In this document: positions 22,146 through 35,151 of the stretch, piece after piece | How the letters are laid out: every line of letters begins with the position of its first letter | Numbering within the stretch: the first letter of the stretch is position 1 | Assembly: GCA_964016885.1 (NCBI GenBank) | Contig: OZ024741.1 | Location: 198,524,001-198,588,000 of the forward strand | Length of the DNA: 64,000 bases | Reading direction: 5' to 3' | DNA from: Eledone cirrhosa | Lineage: Eukaryota | Notes under the pieces: model-generated | The model's input: only the letters and a program-made list of their open reading frames with translations | What the model was told of the DNA's origin: nothing | Database searches by the model: none | Program-made: the position numbers and the translations under genes

Positions 22146-24149
22146 TTAGAACGGTGTAATGAATGAGCAGAGTACTGTAGAGAGAAAGGAAGAAAAACAA
22201 TGAATAGCAGAAGATGGGACTAGAACCAGTGATGAATGGTGGGAAGAAATATGAAATGAAATGGCTAGATCAGAATGAAAATAACTGGGTGAGAAGGGTG
22301 ATGGAAATGAATGTAGAGAGAAGTAAATGAAAAAGAAGACCAAGAAAGACATAGCTAAAGATGGAGGAACTGAAAGTTAGAGGGTAGGTGAGGAGGGTTG
22401 CAGAGGATAGGGTAAAATAGAGAAGCTGGTCATGGGTCTCGCATGACTATCCCCTGCTTTAGAAAGGGCAATGGCCCTTAAAAAATTGCTGATATGTGAC
22501 ATAACTAGTACAGGAAGAGGTTGTAGCTAAAATAAGTTAACATTGTAAGAAAGCAGTGGAATAATGAAGACGTTTTAGGAAAACAACTAAATCTCTCAAA
22601 TTACATTCATCCATCTTAGAAAAGAACACATTGAATGATGTGGTCGTAACTACACTATGCCTGGAAAAAGAGACTGAATGATCATATGTGATTATAGCTC
22701 TGTTCAATCAAAGCTGACTTAAGGTTTACACAGCAGGCAGACTTTATGAAACATGTCTAAAGAAAGCAATGATATATGTTAATGGAACTTGGACATTGAA
22801 TGTAGAAGATATGCAGGGGCTGAAAAAAATATTTCAATTATGATCCATTGAATGTGTCAATTTGAATTAACACTTTTGATAGCAAAATGCCCCCAGTTCT
22901 AAGAAACAAAACCACTCATCTTAAAACCTTCCAACATAATTTTATATAAGAACTACAAATGCCATCTTAATGAAATTATAATTTTAGTAAATCCTTCCCA
23001 AATTCTTCATTAATTAATCAAAATAAAGTATTTCATTAGGTAATGAAAGGGTTAAATGCAAAGAGCTGGAATAGCAGTTGGATATTAAAAACAGCAGTCA
23101 AAATGTGCAATGAAGCAACTGGGCATGAATTATCAAAGTCTTTTGCAAAAGCACTGGTATCATGCCAAGGCAGACAGTAAGAGGAAAAATTATGTAATCT
23201 TGTCCAAAAATATATTTAGAAATAGATATATGTATTTCTTCACACACCTAGAACAATGAAATACAACTTCATTCCTGCAATACATCAGGAATTTGAAGGA
23301 GAAATATGTTGAAAATATCAATACAGACTGCTGTTATTGAAACAGCAGAAATAACAAGCATTTTAATCCATTTGTGACTGTATTTCTAATGAAATACACT
23401 ATTTCAATCAATTAATGAAGAATTTTGAGGGATTTACTAAAATCGTTAATTATTACATTACTAATTTAATGTAAAGTTCTTATATAAAAATATGTTGGAA
23501 GATTTTAATTTAAATTGGAAACCCTTAAAATAGGTGGTTTTATTTCATAGTCCCAGAGCGCTTTTGACCGGATTGATAACTAAAGTGTTATGGCTATCTT
23601 CCTTGCCATGAATTGAGAAGCATGTCATGGAGCCAATAACAAGCTTGTCCATTTTGCTATCCTGTGTACCCCTTTCACCAACCCGCTAGCTTTCATTTCC
23701 TTCTCCATTGTCTTTCTTGGCGTTCCCCCTTTTCTAGTTCCTTCTACATTCATTTCACTCATACAGCTAGTTTCATCCTTCGTCAACACATGACCTAACC
23801 ATTTCTCTTCACAATATTCATTACTGACTTTATTCCATCATGCTGTGTAATTCATTGTTTGTTTTCTTATCGCTCACTGATATTCCACTCATTTACCAGA
23901 CTATTCGTTTTTTCTTTTCTTTGCAGCCTTCTCTACTACTCCATATCTATCACCTGCTTTGCTACTATAAATCATGGCACTTCTCACACATGTAACATAT
24001 GCCTTTCTCTTCAATTTTAGCAACACTGCAGATAAATAGCTTTAAGAGATGCCTTTACTTTAATGCCACATTTTGGTATATTGAATAATGTTGAAATGTT
24101 AATATCTTCTAAGACAGTTTCAATTATAAGTAACGACTTTTTAAACACA

Positions 24150-24900
24150 GTTTAAGCCAGATACTTCAGTGTCTTCAAGCACGCCTTCCAGCGGATCCTG
24201 TCAGAAGCAACTGTCTCCAATTGATCTGGCTGGATCCCCAAGCAAGATCAGCAAAGCTCATGAATGTTATCCAACCATCTTGCATGGGTCTCCAGCCAGT
24301 TCGTTTTGCCTGTAAAATCTGACAAGTTCTTTCCTTAGACATTCTAACCACATGTCTGCAGTAACAGAACTGTAATCTCTCAATTCCAAGAAGTAGTGAC
24401 TCTACCTGGAGTCTCCAATATCTGAGCTATGCACCCTATCAAGTAACATTACTCCAAGAACTCTTTAGTTCATATTCTTTCAGTTATTACCCAAGATTCA
24501 TATACTGCACAGGCTTCTTTGAGAGGACAAGGGTCTCAGTCATCGCAGCACTGATTTTCATTCCTGATGTGCAGCAAACCTATCAAGTGCATGTTGGAGA
24601 TCACCTTCTGATGAGTTAAGTTCAATGTTGTTCACAAATTTCATCCGACTGATCCTATACCTGCCAATCTTGATACTACTTGCAACACAGCTGAGCAAGT
24701 CAATCCTGTCCATGAAGATTATGTACCAGAGAGGTGACAGTACAAATCTTTGGCAGAGTCCAACACCCACTGTTCTTAGCACCATTTATCCAAACATAAA
24801 TACTAGGGATTTTGTATAGAGACATCAAGTAATTGTTCATTGATCCCATACTCCTGCAGAACCTTCCATAACAGGTCCCTTTTTGAGGTCTACGGAACAA
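24150..24900 (-). mobile_element. RTE LINE family B (Rex3/Expander-like) fragment
   Basis: VGLCQRFVLSPLWYIIFMDRI..DLQHALDRFAA; homologous to 25240-26545. Confidence 0.8.
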
Positions 24901-25239
24901 GCTTGTGTGTGTACATTAGAGTGTTTCATATTTATAGGAAAAATTATTTTTTGTTGAAATCACCTTATGTCAATTGTGTCCTGAATCCATTTCACATAAA
25001 AGCTACACAGGTGAAAATATAAGGATATGACTATACTTAGAGGTTGCACAGTTTGGTGTTTTTTGAATGGTATGCCAAAAATATGCAAACAATTTACTTC
25101 AACCCTTGTTGATTGTAGCTAGGTTGCAGTATAACCAGGAGACATTTCTACCATTTATAGGACCCTAAATGAAAAAGAAATAAACCATAAACTTAAACTA
25201 AGTGTGTAGAAATAATTTTCTATCTCTAGCTGACTTGTG

Positions 25240-26545
25240 TGTGCTAGGTGGCCTGAGTCTCTGGAAGAACACCTAAGCAATGGCAATCAGGAATGATAAT
25301 CCTAATTTTCAAAAAGGGAGACAAGAGAGGTTGTTCCAATTACTGAGGGATCTCCTTGTTAAACCTCCCTAGTAAAGTCTATGCTAAGTGTCTGTCAAAG
25401 AGATGCAGGGAGATTGTCGAGTCCAAGCTAGCTGATGAACAGTGCGGTTTTTGCCCCAGATGCAGCACAGCCGACCAAATATTCACACTGCGGCAGGTCT
25501 TCAAGAAATTTCAGGAGTATTGCCAAGATGTATATTCTTGTTTTGTCAACGTTGAGAAGGCATACTACTGCATTCTTTGGGACCTGCCGTAGAAGGCTGT
25601 GCAGGAGTATGGGATCGATGGTCAGCTTCTTGCTGCCCTGATGTCTCTATAAGAATGCTCAATTATTTGTGTTCGGATAAATGATGATAAATCGAAATCA
25701 TTCAATTTGGTAGTCGGACTCCACCAAGGGTGCGTGCTGTCAACTCTCCTGTATATTATTTACATGAACAGGATTGACATGCGCAGCCGGGTTGGAAGTG
25801 GTATCATGACTTGCACTTGATGTTTGATGCCGAATGCTGCATAGCTGGAATGAAAATCAGTACTACGAAAACTGAGACACCCGTCCTCTCAAAGAAGCCT
25901 GTGTAGTGCACTCTACATGTGAATGGAGTTCCATTGTAGCAGGTAGAGAAGTATCTTGGGGTCATGTTCATGAGGCAGGAGGCTGATTAAGTGCAAGAAT
26001 TGCAAAAGCTGGTGCAGTAATGCACCAGCTTTAGCATTCAGTAATCAGAAGAAGGGAGGTAGACGTAAAAGCCAAATTCGCTGTCTTCAATTCGGTTTCC
26101 GTGCCAACCCTTACCTATGGTCATGAATCCTGGGTAATGACCGAAAGAATACAATCGCAAATGCAAGCGGCCAAAATAGAGTTACTCCGAAGGGTCTTTG
26201 GAGTAACATCCCTCAATAAAGTGCATAGCTCAGCAAGTTACTGCAGGTAGAGCTGCTACTTCTCTGAATTGAGAAATCACAGCTCCGATACTATGAGCAT
26301 GTGGTTAGAATGTCTCAGGAAAGAATCGCTGGACAGATTTTAAGGACAAAACCAAAAGGTAGGAGACCCAGGAGTAGACCCCGAGCAAGATGGTTGGATA
26401 ACATCCATGAGCTTGGCAGGTCATGTTTGGGGATTCATCCAGATCAATTGGAGAGGGTTGCTTCTGAAAGAACCCACAGGAGGGAGTGTTTGAGGACTCT
26501 AGCCCCACAACTATCAAGAATAAGTGGGCGAAGATGACAAAAAAG
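25240..26545 (+). mobile_element. RTE LINE family B 3' portion
   Basis: PSKVYAKCL..EQCGFCP..TADQIFTLRQ..CFVNVEKAY; MVRMSQER..GRRPRSRPRARWLD. Confidence 0.88.
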
Positions 26546-27919
26546 AACAACTAGGAATGTGGAATCTTATAAAAAGCTGTTTGAGCAGTATAGGCGTGAA
26601 AAGAGTGTTTTGTTACCATATTCATAATGAACTATACAACTTATGATTTAATTAATGGAAGATTTGGAGGAATTTACTTAAATTATTAATTATTTCATTA
26701 CTAAGACATAACATAAGGTTCTTATATCAAATAATGTTGGAAGGTTTTAGTTTAAATATGAATCTTTAAAAATGGGTGGTTGTATTTCATAAAACCATAG
26801 GCAGTTTTGGACAGGTTAGCATCAAAAGGGTTAAAGAAAGTAGATAATATGGTTATGAATTGACGAAAACATTGTTAGAGTTACTATAAAATATAATTAT
26901 AGATCAAGAAAATTTAAAATGAAATTAATGTAGTTAGAAAACCAAAGCATACTTGAAAAAGTAGATCTATAATATATGAATATAGCAAGTATGGAAAATT
27001 TAAATTGTGTTAAAATAGATAAAAATCAGAGCTTATTGGAATATGTTTAGGTAAATACTAGACTAAAAAAAAAAATAGCTGTGAACAAAGAGTTTAAAAC
27101 TTACCATAAAAAGAAGGCCAGCTTCTGTCTATCCATATCATTATGTTTATATTCTACATCAAAAACTCCGTAGCGGCACTGTTTATCAGCAGCAGCTTCT
27201 TGAAGTTTCTGAACAAAATCTTGGTATGTTTTATCTTTATAAAATAAAATGCAAAAAAATTTGAGTACTTTGTATAAAGTCATTTCAATTTAGCTGAAAA
27301 TAAATATTACAACTGAACAAAGGGCTGAGGGTAAACTTAACCAAAACGAAAGTACTAGAAAGTAAGAAAGAAGATAGGACCCTGATTCCTTCAGAGAAGT
27401 GGCCCTGCTCAATATATAGAAAAGGAGTAGGCATAAATTCTATACGATGTACACAATGTAAATTTGGGATACATAAGAGATGTAGTGTGATAACAGGAAA
27501 GACTTTGTATGTAGAAGATGCACAGGGGTAATCAACAGAAAGAGTATCAGTGATATAAATCTTTTCCAATCACATGAAGGATCCATAGAAGTGATTGATA
27601 GCTTCTGCTACCTAGGTTACCTAATTAGCAGTGGTGGAAGGTACTCCAAGAGTATAATAGCTAAATAAGGATAGGATAGAAGAAATTTTCAGAGCTACTC
27701 CCACTGTTGACAGCAAAAGGCTTCTCACTATGTACAAAAGGATGGTTGTACAACTGTGTGAAGTGTGATGCTCTATGGTACTGAAACATGGACAGTGACT
27801 GCAGAGGACATGCGTAGACTGGAGAGAAATGAAGCAACCATGCTTCATTGGATGTACAATGTAAATGTAAGAGAAAGGCAGATCTTGGATGAACTGAGGT
27901 AGAAACTGGGTTTAAGAGG
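26469..27919. repeat. Left arm of a ~1.4-kb near-identical inverted duplication (contains cofilin exon 27105-27234)
   Basis: Reverse complement matches 35152-36573 with scattered substitutions and two small indels; the ORF track shows twin ORFs on opposite strands. Confidence 0.95.
27105..27234 (-). CDS. cfl: ADF/cofilin internal exon ((N)KTYQDFVQKLQEAAADKQCRYGVFDVEYKHNDMDRQKLAFFL(W))
   Basis: Acceptor tttataaag|, donor TG|gtaagt; phases 1 and 2 match both neighbours; CRYGVFD and KLAFFLW are cofilin motifs. Confidence 0.93.
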
Positions 27920-28145
27920 AAGAGAGAAGACTGTTGTGATGTGCATGGATGATGATTGTTGGGTGAAAAAGTGCCAGCAAATCCCAGTAGAAGTAAACGA
28001 AGGAAGACTTGGACAGAGCTGGTAAGAGCAGATTTCAAATCACTGAGACTCACAGAGGAGATGATGAAAGAATGCAGTGAATGAAGAGATGCTGTGCAAC
28101 CCATGCAGGCATGGAAAAACAGATGTAAAAATAAGATGATAATGT
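27315..28145 (+). mobile_element. RTE LINE family A 3' fragment with Cys/His finger
   Basis: KGLRVNLTKTKV, KWPCSI.RKGVGINSIRCTQCK..IHKRCS, DSFCYLG; (gat)n tail. Confidence 0.85.
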
Positions 28146-29164
28146 TGGTATTACATATATAGCAGTATACAAAAATAACCAGAAAAAAAGCATTGGAGGG
28201 GAAAATATTTTGATGATCAATAAAATAAGATAATCATGTTATTAAACATTACAGTTGCGAAATTCACTAAAGTATGGCAGAATCAGAAAAATTGGATAAA
28301 ATGCTTTATGATACTTATTCTATCTCTTTACCTTCTAAGTTCAAATCCTACTGATGTTGACTTTACCTTTTATCCATCCAGGGTCGATAAAATACGAGCC
28401 AAGTAATCAACTTTCCCCTCCCCACATAATTGCTAGCCTTGTACCAGAAGTAGAAACAATTATTAGTTACAGTTTATGAGTTTCTACTGTACCACCAGAT
28501 GTAGTTTTGTGTTCCTGAAATATGTGCAGCATTGCATATATTGACCCATGTATAGTATACTGTATCAATTGTCTTGCGCTACACATGTGGAAGTAAGGGC
28601 TATTTTAGAGCTTGCTGCCCTGAGGAGCTGCAATATCAGAGGCGAGAGAATGACAAAGACTAAGTCCCAAAAGTTTCTGTTTTCACAATACCACTAGTTG
28701 CAACATCAAGGATAACCAAAACATTTACCTCATCCTCAGAAAAAAAAGCCAATGGTTATGAACAGTAGTATCACCCCATCATCCTGCAACAGTGGAAAAC
28801 TGTTGGAGGTAATGTAAAAAGTAGAAAAATGACCCTAAAAAATTTACTCCCAACAGAAAGCTTGCAGAAGCAACAGAGGTTCATAACCTCTTCTAGAAAA
28901 AGTAAAAATCAAGAAGTCAACATGTTTGGAATCCATGAAGTTTACAGTGATGGATTTTCTGAATAACATGTTATAAGAGAATGGAACTAAGAAGGTGCTG
29001 GTTTGCAAAGAGATAACAGTAAAATATAAAGAACCCACAAAAGGTTTACACCAACAATCTATTGGCAGCCGTATAAGAGCAGTGAGCCTCTTCATTCCCA
29101 CTTTGATACTCAAACTGCACACGAAAACATCCAGGGTGAGTCACTTCAAATACTACAACAAGAA

Positions 29165-29325
29165 CAGGTAGTGGGGAGTGTTGTGGGGGTACCCTGATCC
29201 AAGCTGGGTAAACAATATGTACCAGGGAGCAGGTGGTAGTCTTGTGTGGGTACACTGATCCAACCCAGGTCAACAATATGTACCAAGGAGCAGGTAGTGA
29301 TGATTATTGTGGGGGACCCTGATGA
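29165..29325. repeat. Degenerate ~60-bp tandem repeat (2.5 copies)
   Basis: caggtagtg..gtggg..ccctgatccaa..ggt.aacaatatgtacca.ggag repeated. Confidence 0.7.
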
Positions 29326-31114
29326 TGATAATTATCTCTGCTCCTCCTCCTAATTTTTATAAAACTTCACCATGCATCCTCATGTGGGTTATTTGTATCA
29401 CCTTTATAACAAGTTGTCAGGGTTTGATTTCTGGGCTGGGTTATGTGCTGTGTTCTTGAGCAAAACACTTCATTTCATGTTACTCAGCTGAAAATGAATA
29501 CCAGCAATAGCTGGGGGCTTAACCCTGCAATGGACTAATATCGTATCCAGGAGAAAGACTTGAACTCTCAGTTGCTTAACACCATGAGACTGGGATAAGC
29601 ACTGACCAGATGAGCTTCTTGGCTTGAGATAGACTTTAGACTTTATAACAAGTCTATTGTATGAATGACTGGGTTGATGGTAGAATACTAGTACTAGAAA
29701 TATTATTATCATTATTAATATAGAGTGGCAGAATGGTAGAGTGCCAGACTAAATGTCAAACAGTAATTATATTTGTTTTCTTATATTCTGATGTGATCAG
29801 GCAGTGAATGCAGAGTTGTTAGAATGTTGGATAGAAAGTTTTGCGTTATTTGTTTTGGCGCCCTGAGTTCAATCCTACCAAGATCACTTTTGCCTTTCAT
29901 CCTTTCGAGGTTAATAAGAAAAAAGTACCAGTCAAGTACTAGTGTCAATTTTTCTTCCTACATCTTTTTCACTTTGTCTCTCTCCTTCTCTGGAAGGAAT
30001 CGGCTGTGTTCAAACCTGAAAAAGGAAGGTGTTCCAACAATTTTAAAGTACCCAAGGCAGCACCTCCATAATCCCATCAGGAGTTACGGGTCCATACATA
30101 CATGACATACATTCTGATGTGAAATTATTCAAGAATCAATTAGCTTTTCATCTTTTTGAGATCAACAAACTAAGTACCAGATAGGTACAGAGGAAAGTCA
30201 GTTTATTTGATTATACATGACACTCTGTATCAGCATTAAGAAATTATCAATCTCAATTATAATGCATTCCTTTTATAAGGCATATGTTTTTTGTAATTTA
30301 TATTTTAAATACTAGAATTAGATTTTTCCATAAATGCTACAATGCTTCATATTTGAGTCATCAGAAAAAATTTGATTCGGAAGATTTAATCATCAACATG
30401 GTAGCAAAAATGGTTATGAAACTTTTCACTGTTAAAGTAATAAAGGTATGTCAAATAAAAATATAGCTAACCATTAATATACAAAATATCAGTCACAGTA
30501 AGCAGAAGACAATTTTTTTGAAACATTTTCATAGATATCTCCTAGTTAGTATAGGATGCAAGAATCTGCATCATCAGATATTAGTATTGATTGCTCCTCA
30601 GTATTATTTCAATCAGATATTTGTTTTAGTGATCTGCAATGATTAAAATGTCAAGTTACTCTTCTTGACACCAGCATCAGCAAACATATGGATAAATACA
30701 CACATTACATGACCCTGTGAGTACACAGGAGAAACTCCAGCATAACAAGATTCAAACTTGGCCTTCATAATAAAAAAAAATTATATATATATCTACGATA
30801 TATTTGAGAATGTATGTGTGTATGAAAGACTCTGAAATAGTGCATCCTAAAGAAAAATGGATTTAATTTTCAAAATCTGCGTCCTAAGGAGAAAGGTTTT
30901 GGGCACATGGAGTTTCTTAATTCTGAAAAGAATAAAAGAAAAACAAAAGAAAAACAGAAAATAGCAAAGATGCTCACACTAAAGTACACAACAAGCCACT
31001 GATACCACTTCAACATACAGCTCCACTGAGTAAATTTCCATAGAAACCACCTTGCGGACTATCCATGGAGAATAAATAACAGGAGATGAGGCACGGAAGA
31101 TATATTTCATTTCC

Positions 31115-31490
31115 CTATAAAACAAACTTGCTAGTTTCAATTCAGTATTCGTGCCTATCCTAACCTATAGTCATGAATCTTGGATAGTGACTGAAGGAAT
31201 ACAATCATTAATACAAGTAGTTGAAATGAGGTTCCTCCAGATAGAGCCACTGCATTAAGAGATCAGAGCTATGGTACAACAGACTCATAGTTAAAATGTC
31301 TAAAGAAAGAATTGCAGATTTGCTTTTATGAGCAAAGCCAACAGGCAAGAGACCTAGAGGTAGACCACAAGGAAGATGGTTGGATAACATCCATAACCTC
31401 AGTGGATCTCATTTGGGGATGGCTGCTTCTGATATGACCCTCTGGAAGGCGTGTCTGAGGACTCTGCTCCCACAACCCCCAAGAAGAAGA
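31115..31490 (+). mobile_element. RTE family B 3' fragment whose (gaa)n tail abuts the cofilin donor site
   Basis: acctatagtcatgaatcttgg..ggcaagagacctagaggtagacca..aagaagaaga. Confidence 0.8.
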
Positions 31491-31498
31491 TTACTTAC

Positions 31499-31634
31499 TC
31501 TTGTCAGCTCGCTCCTCCACAACAATTTTCGATAAATCTGGGGATAGTCTGAATATGACATATCTGTGTTTATGCTTCAATTTGATTTCTTGAAAAGCAT
31601 CTAATACTTCCTCTGCAACGGTTACCCCAGATGA
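31499..31634 (-). CDS. cfl: ADF/cofilin exon encoding SSGVTVAEEVLDAFQEIKLKHKHRYVIFRLSPDLSKIVVEERADK
   Basis: Acceptor tttcag|TCA (phase 0, consistent with the ATG-only first exon common in ADF/cofilin genes), donor A|gtaagt; (M)SSGV N-terminus with the regulatory Ser. Confidence 0.93.
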
Positions 31635-32136
31635 CTGAAAATAAAAATATAAAGGATAAGTTTTTGTTTTTTTTAATTTTGTAACTAGAATAAATAAATC
31701 AAACAATTCTGGCGTCAGCATTTTGAAAAATATGTATCGTAAGAGGTGACTAAAATGGTTGGTATCGGGAAGGGCATCTGGGTGTAAAAACGATGATGAA
31801 GATAGAAAATTTAAAAAAAATAACAGTTAATAAAAATGATGGAAATAAAAACAGCACACAGCCATGGTGAACTTTCATCCTTCTAAGACCGATAAGGTAC
31901 CAGTCAAGTATTGGAGTTAACACCCTTCCCCTTAAATTAATATTTACGAAAAACAAATTTGAAAAATATATGTCAACTGAAACAAGGAGTTTCAACAAAA
32001 CTATGTTCCAAGGCATTCCAGTTGTGTAAAGCAAACCTAGGACCATATCCAACCTGTTATTTTAAGTGTGTCTCCTTCATTGGCTTCCAGACATTAGGCA
32101 GACTATAAAAAGCAATAAAGAATAATTGCAGCAATT

Positions 32137-32645
32137 ATCATCATCATCCTTTTTACATCTGTTTTTCCATACTTGCATGGGTTAGACAAGTCTTTTCCAG
32201 CACAGCTTCCCTTTGTCATCATCTCTTTGAGGTCGGCTATCATCACCTCTGCCCAGGTTTTTAACCATGGGCTTCTACTACAGCTTCCTTCCACTGGGAT
32301 GTCTTCACCCAACGATTATTCTCCATGTGTATCACATGTTTATACCAGTGCAGTCTTCTCTCTTGCACACTACATCTGATTCTGTTTGTACTCAGCTTTT
32401 CTCTCAGTTTGACACCTCATCATTCATGCACACTAACATTGCCCCTCCAACAGAGCATGCATACATCATTTCTCTCCAGTCCCCTCTGCATTTACTGCCC
32501 ATGTATGTGTCACTGTCACTCATAAAGAAAATCCCTTTGTTAACAGTAGTGGTAGCTACCTAAACGTTTTTGAACATATTCTGATTCTAGTGACTATGCT
32601 TTCAGAGCAATCCTTCCCACTGCTTATTAAGTCACCTAAGTAACA
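32137..32645 (-). mobile_element. RTE family A 3' fragment
   Basis: IPVEGSCSR..KTWAEVMIADLK; (cat)n tail on the plus strand. Confidence 0.75.
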
Positions 32646-33060
32646 GAAACATTAGTATGTATTTTATTGGTCCTGGAAGGGTAAGAAGGAAAAGTTAACC
32701 CAGGAGTATTTAGACACAGAATTTAGAAAGATGGAACTAAATAGTAAAAAGCAGTTAGTTAATCCAATATTCTAATTCAACAACATATGAATGACAACCT
32801 ATATATATATATATAAATAAATATACACACACACTGAAGTGTGTATCTGGTTTAGAATAGATACACTGTATCCTTAGTGTTATAAAAGGCAACTGAAAGG
32901 GTCAGTGTCTAGAAAAGCATTCAGTTGTAAAGCACTGTCTCAAAACATTCCATCCAGCCCATGCCAGCATGGAAAAGTCATCATAGACTCAATTATCATC
33001 ATCATCATTTAACGTCTATCTTCCACGGTAGCATGGGTTGTTATATATATATATATAGCG

Positions 33061-33220
<160 letters not shown>

Positions 33221-33472
33221 AAACAGATAGACAACACCATTAGAAGCAATATTAAAATGTTTGCAAGTAATTAAATAGTATTTAATTCTATTTTTTTTAT
33301 TCTTTCATTCTTTTAGAGGCTTCAGTCATTAGTCTGTGGACATGCAGGGACACCAGCATAAAGGGATTTAGTTGATTACTAGCAAGACAGTCACCCAATC
33401 AATCTTACTTCAAGTGGGACAATTCCCATCTAACCCATGCTAGCGTGGAAGATAGACGTTAAACGATGATGA

Positions 33473-33512
<40 letters not shown>

Positions 33513-34515
33513 CATCATCGTTTAATGTCTATCTTCCATATGTATGTATATATACATATTCCTTTTTTTAAATTTAATTTGTCCTTTAGTGAAATAATAT
33601 GAAGAAATATAATACAAAATAGTTTTAATTTTTAATATCCTGTAATGATTTAGCAGAAAATGTCTAAAAAGAGGCTTGTTAATTCAAATGTGCAGTTAAC
33701 TAAAGTAAAGATGTAAATTTTTCATGTGATGCAGTCATAGTACTTTTAAAGAATGTCTTGCTAATGTGGTACAGGACGTTTTAATAGACATTATCCCCAA
33801 CCCTCCCACCTCTAAAATGCATGAATGTCCCAACATCGCATTCCTCCTCCTATAAATATGAAAATTTGGGGCAGAAAATGTATTATTTTAATAAATATAA
33901 GTTTTGAAGAAATGACAATGAAAGGAATTAAAATAACATTATCAGAAATATGCACAATATAGGAGGTAGGCAATGGTCTAAAATAGAAAAATCTGAAATA
34001 ATCTGTTAGCCTTTAAAGGAGATGTAAACAGCAACAATTTAGTGGTGAGAGAGTTGGAAGGGGAATTACTGAAAGCAATGGCATCAGTGAGGGAAGATGA
34101 GCAGCATTCATAACTGTTATTGTTGCCAGCATACACACAGACACATACAGTTTTTCAATAAGCAAATAATACAAAGAGAACTTTGAATGAGTAAGCCTAG
34201 TTAGTAGCAGCTTACTTTGTAAGTGTTGAGAGACTACAGCATTACTTCAAATTTAGTATGCTAGAGAAATAAATACACAAGCTGCAGAAACTTACCACAC
34301 TTTTAAAAATTCACCCAGCATTCCTATACAGACTTTTTTGAATAGGCAGCAGGCTGTATATTTTTGGGAGAAGGAAAACATGCTGGCTATGATAATCCTG
34401 CCTTTCCTAAAGATATTTACTCTAGTAGAAGTGAATTACTTGAATGGGGAACTGAAACTACATTATGAATTAAACCTGCCAGTAACTTATCACATATTCT
34501 CATGATATACATTAC

Positions 34516-34721
34516 AGTATTGGTGACTTAAGGTGAAAAATCCTACTCAACAAAAATATCAAATAAATACAGTAAATTAGAAACACACATCATCATCATT
34601 GTTTAATGTTCATCTTCCACGTTAAACGAAGATGATGAAGATGATGATGTGTGTTTCTAATTTACTGTATTTATTTCATATTTTCATTGAGTAGGATTTT
34701 TCACCTTAAGTTACCAATACT
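34516..34721. repeat. Fold-back inverted repeat, ~80-bp arms
   Basis: agtattggtgacttaaggtgaaaaatcctactcaa...acacacatcatcatc mirrored by gatgatgatgtgtgt...ttgagtaggatttttcaccttaagttaccaatact. Confidence 0.9.
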
Positions 34722-34746
34722 CACTTATTACTATTTATAACTTAAA

Positions 34747-34896
34747 GGGCGGTGAATTGGCAGTATCGGTAGAGGGTCGGACGCCATGCTTTCCAGCATA
34801 GTTACGTCCCTTTACCGTCTGAGTTCAAATCCCGTTGAGGTTAACTTTGCCTTTCATCCTTACGGGGTCGATAAAATAAAGTACCAGTAATGTACT
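34747..34896 (+). mobile_element. tRNA-derived SINE (same family as 9103-9552; further copies e.g. 39236-39411 minus, 60563-60663, 62030-62265)
   Basis: A box, B box and central domain nearly identical to the 9.1-9.5 kb copies. Confidence 0.88.
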
Positions 34897-35151
34897 AATC
34901 AACTTATCAATCCATACATATACACAATATATCAAAGTTGCATTGCAGTGTAATTTTAATATGTAACATCATTTTTATGTCCATTTTTCTACGCTTGCAT
35001 GGGTTGGACATCTCTCCACTCGTTATATCCTCTGTGAGTCTCCTTTACTGCAGCTTCCTTTTAGTGAGATTTCCTGGCACTTCTTCACCCAACGATCATC
35101 ATCCATGCACATCACAATACTGTCTTCTCTCTTGCACACCACTTCGGATCC

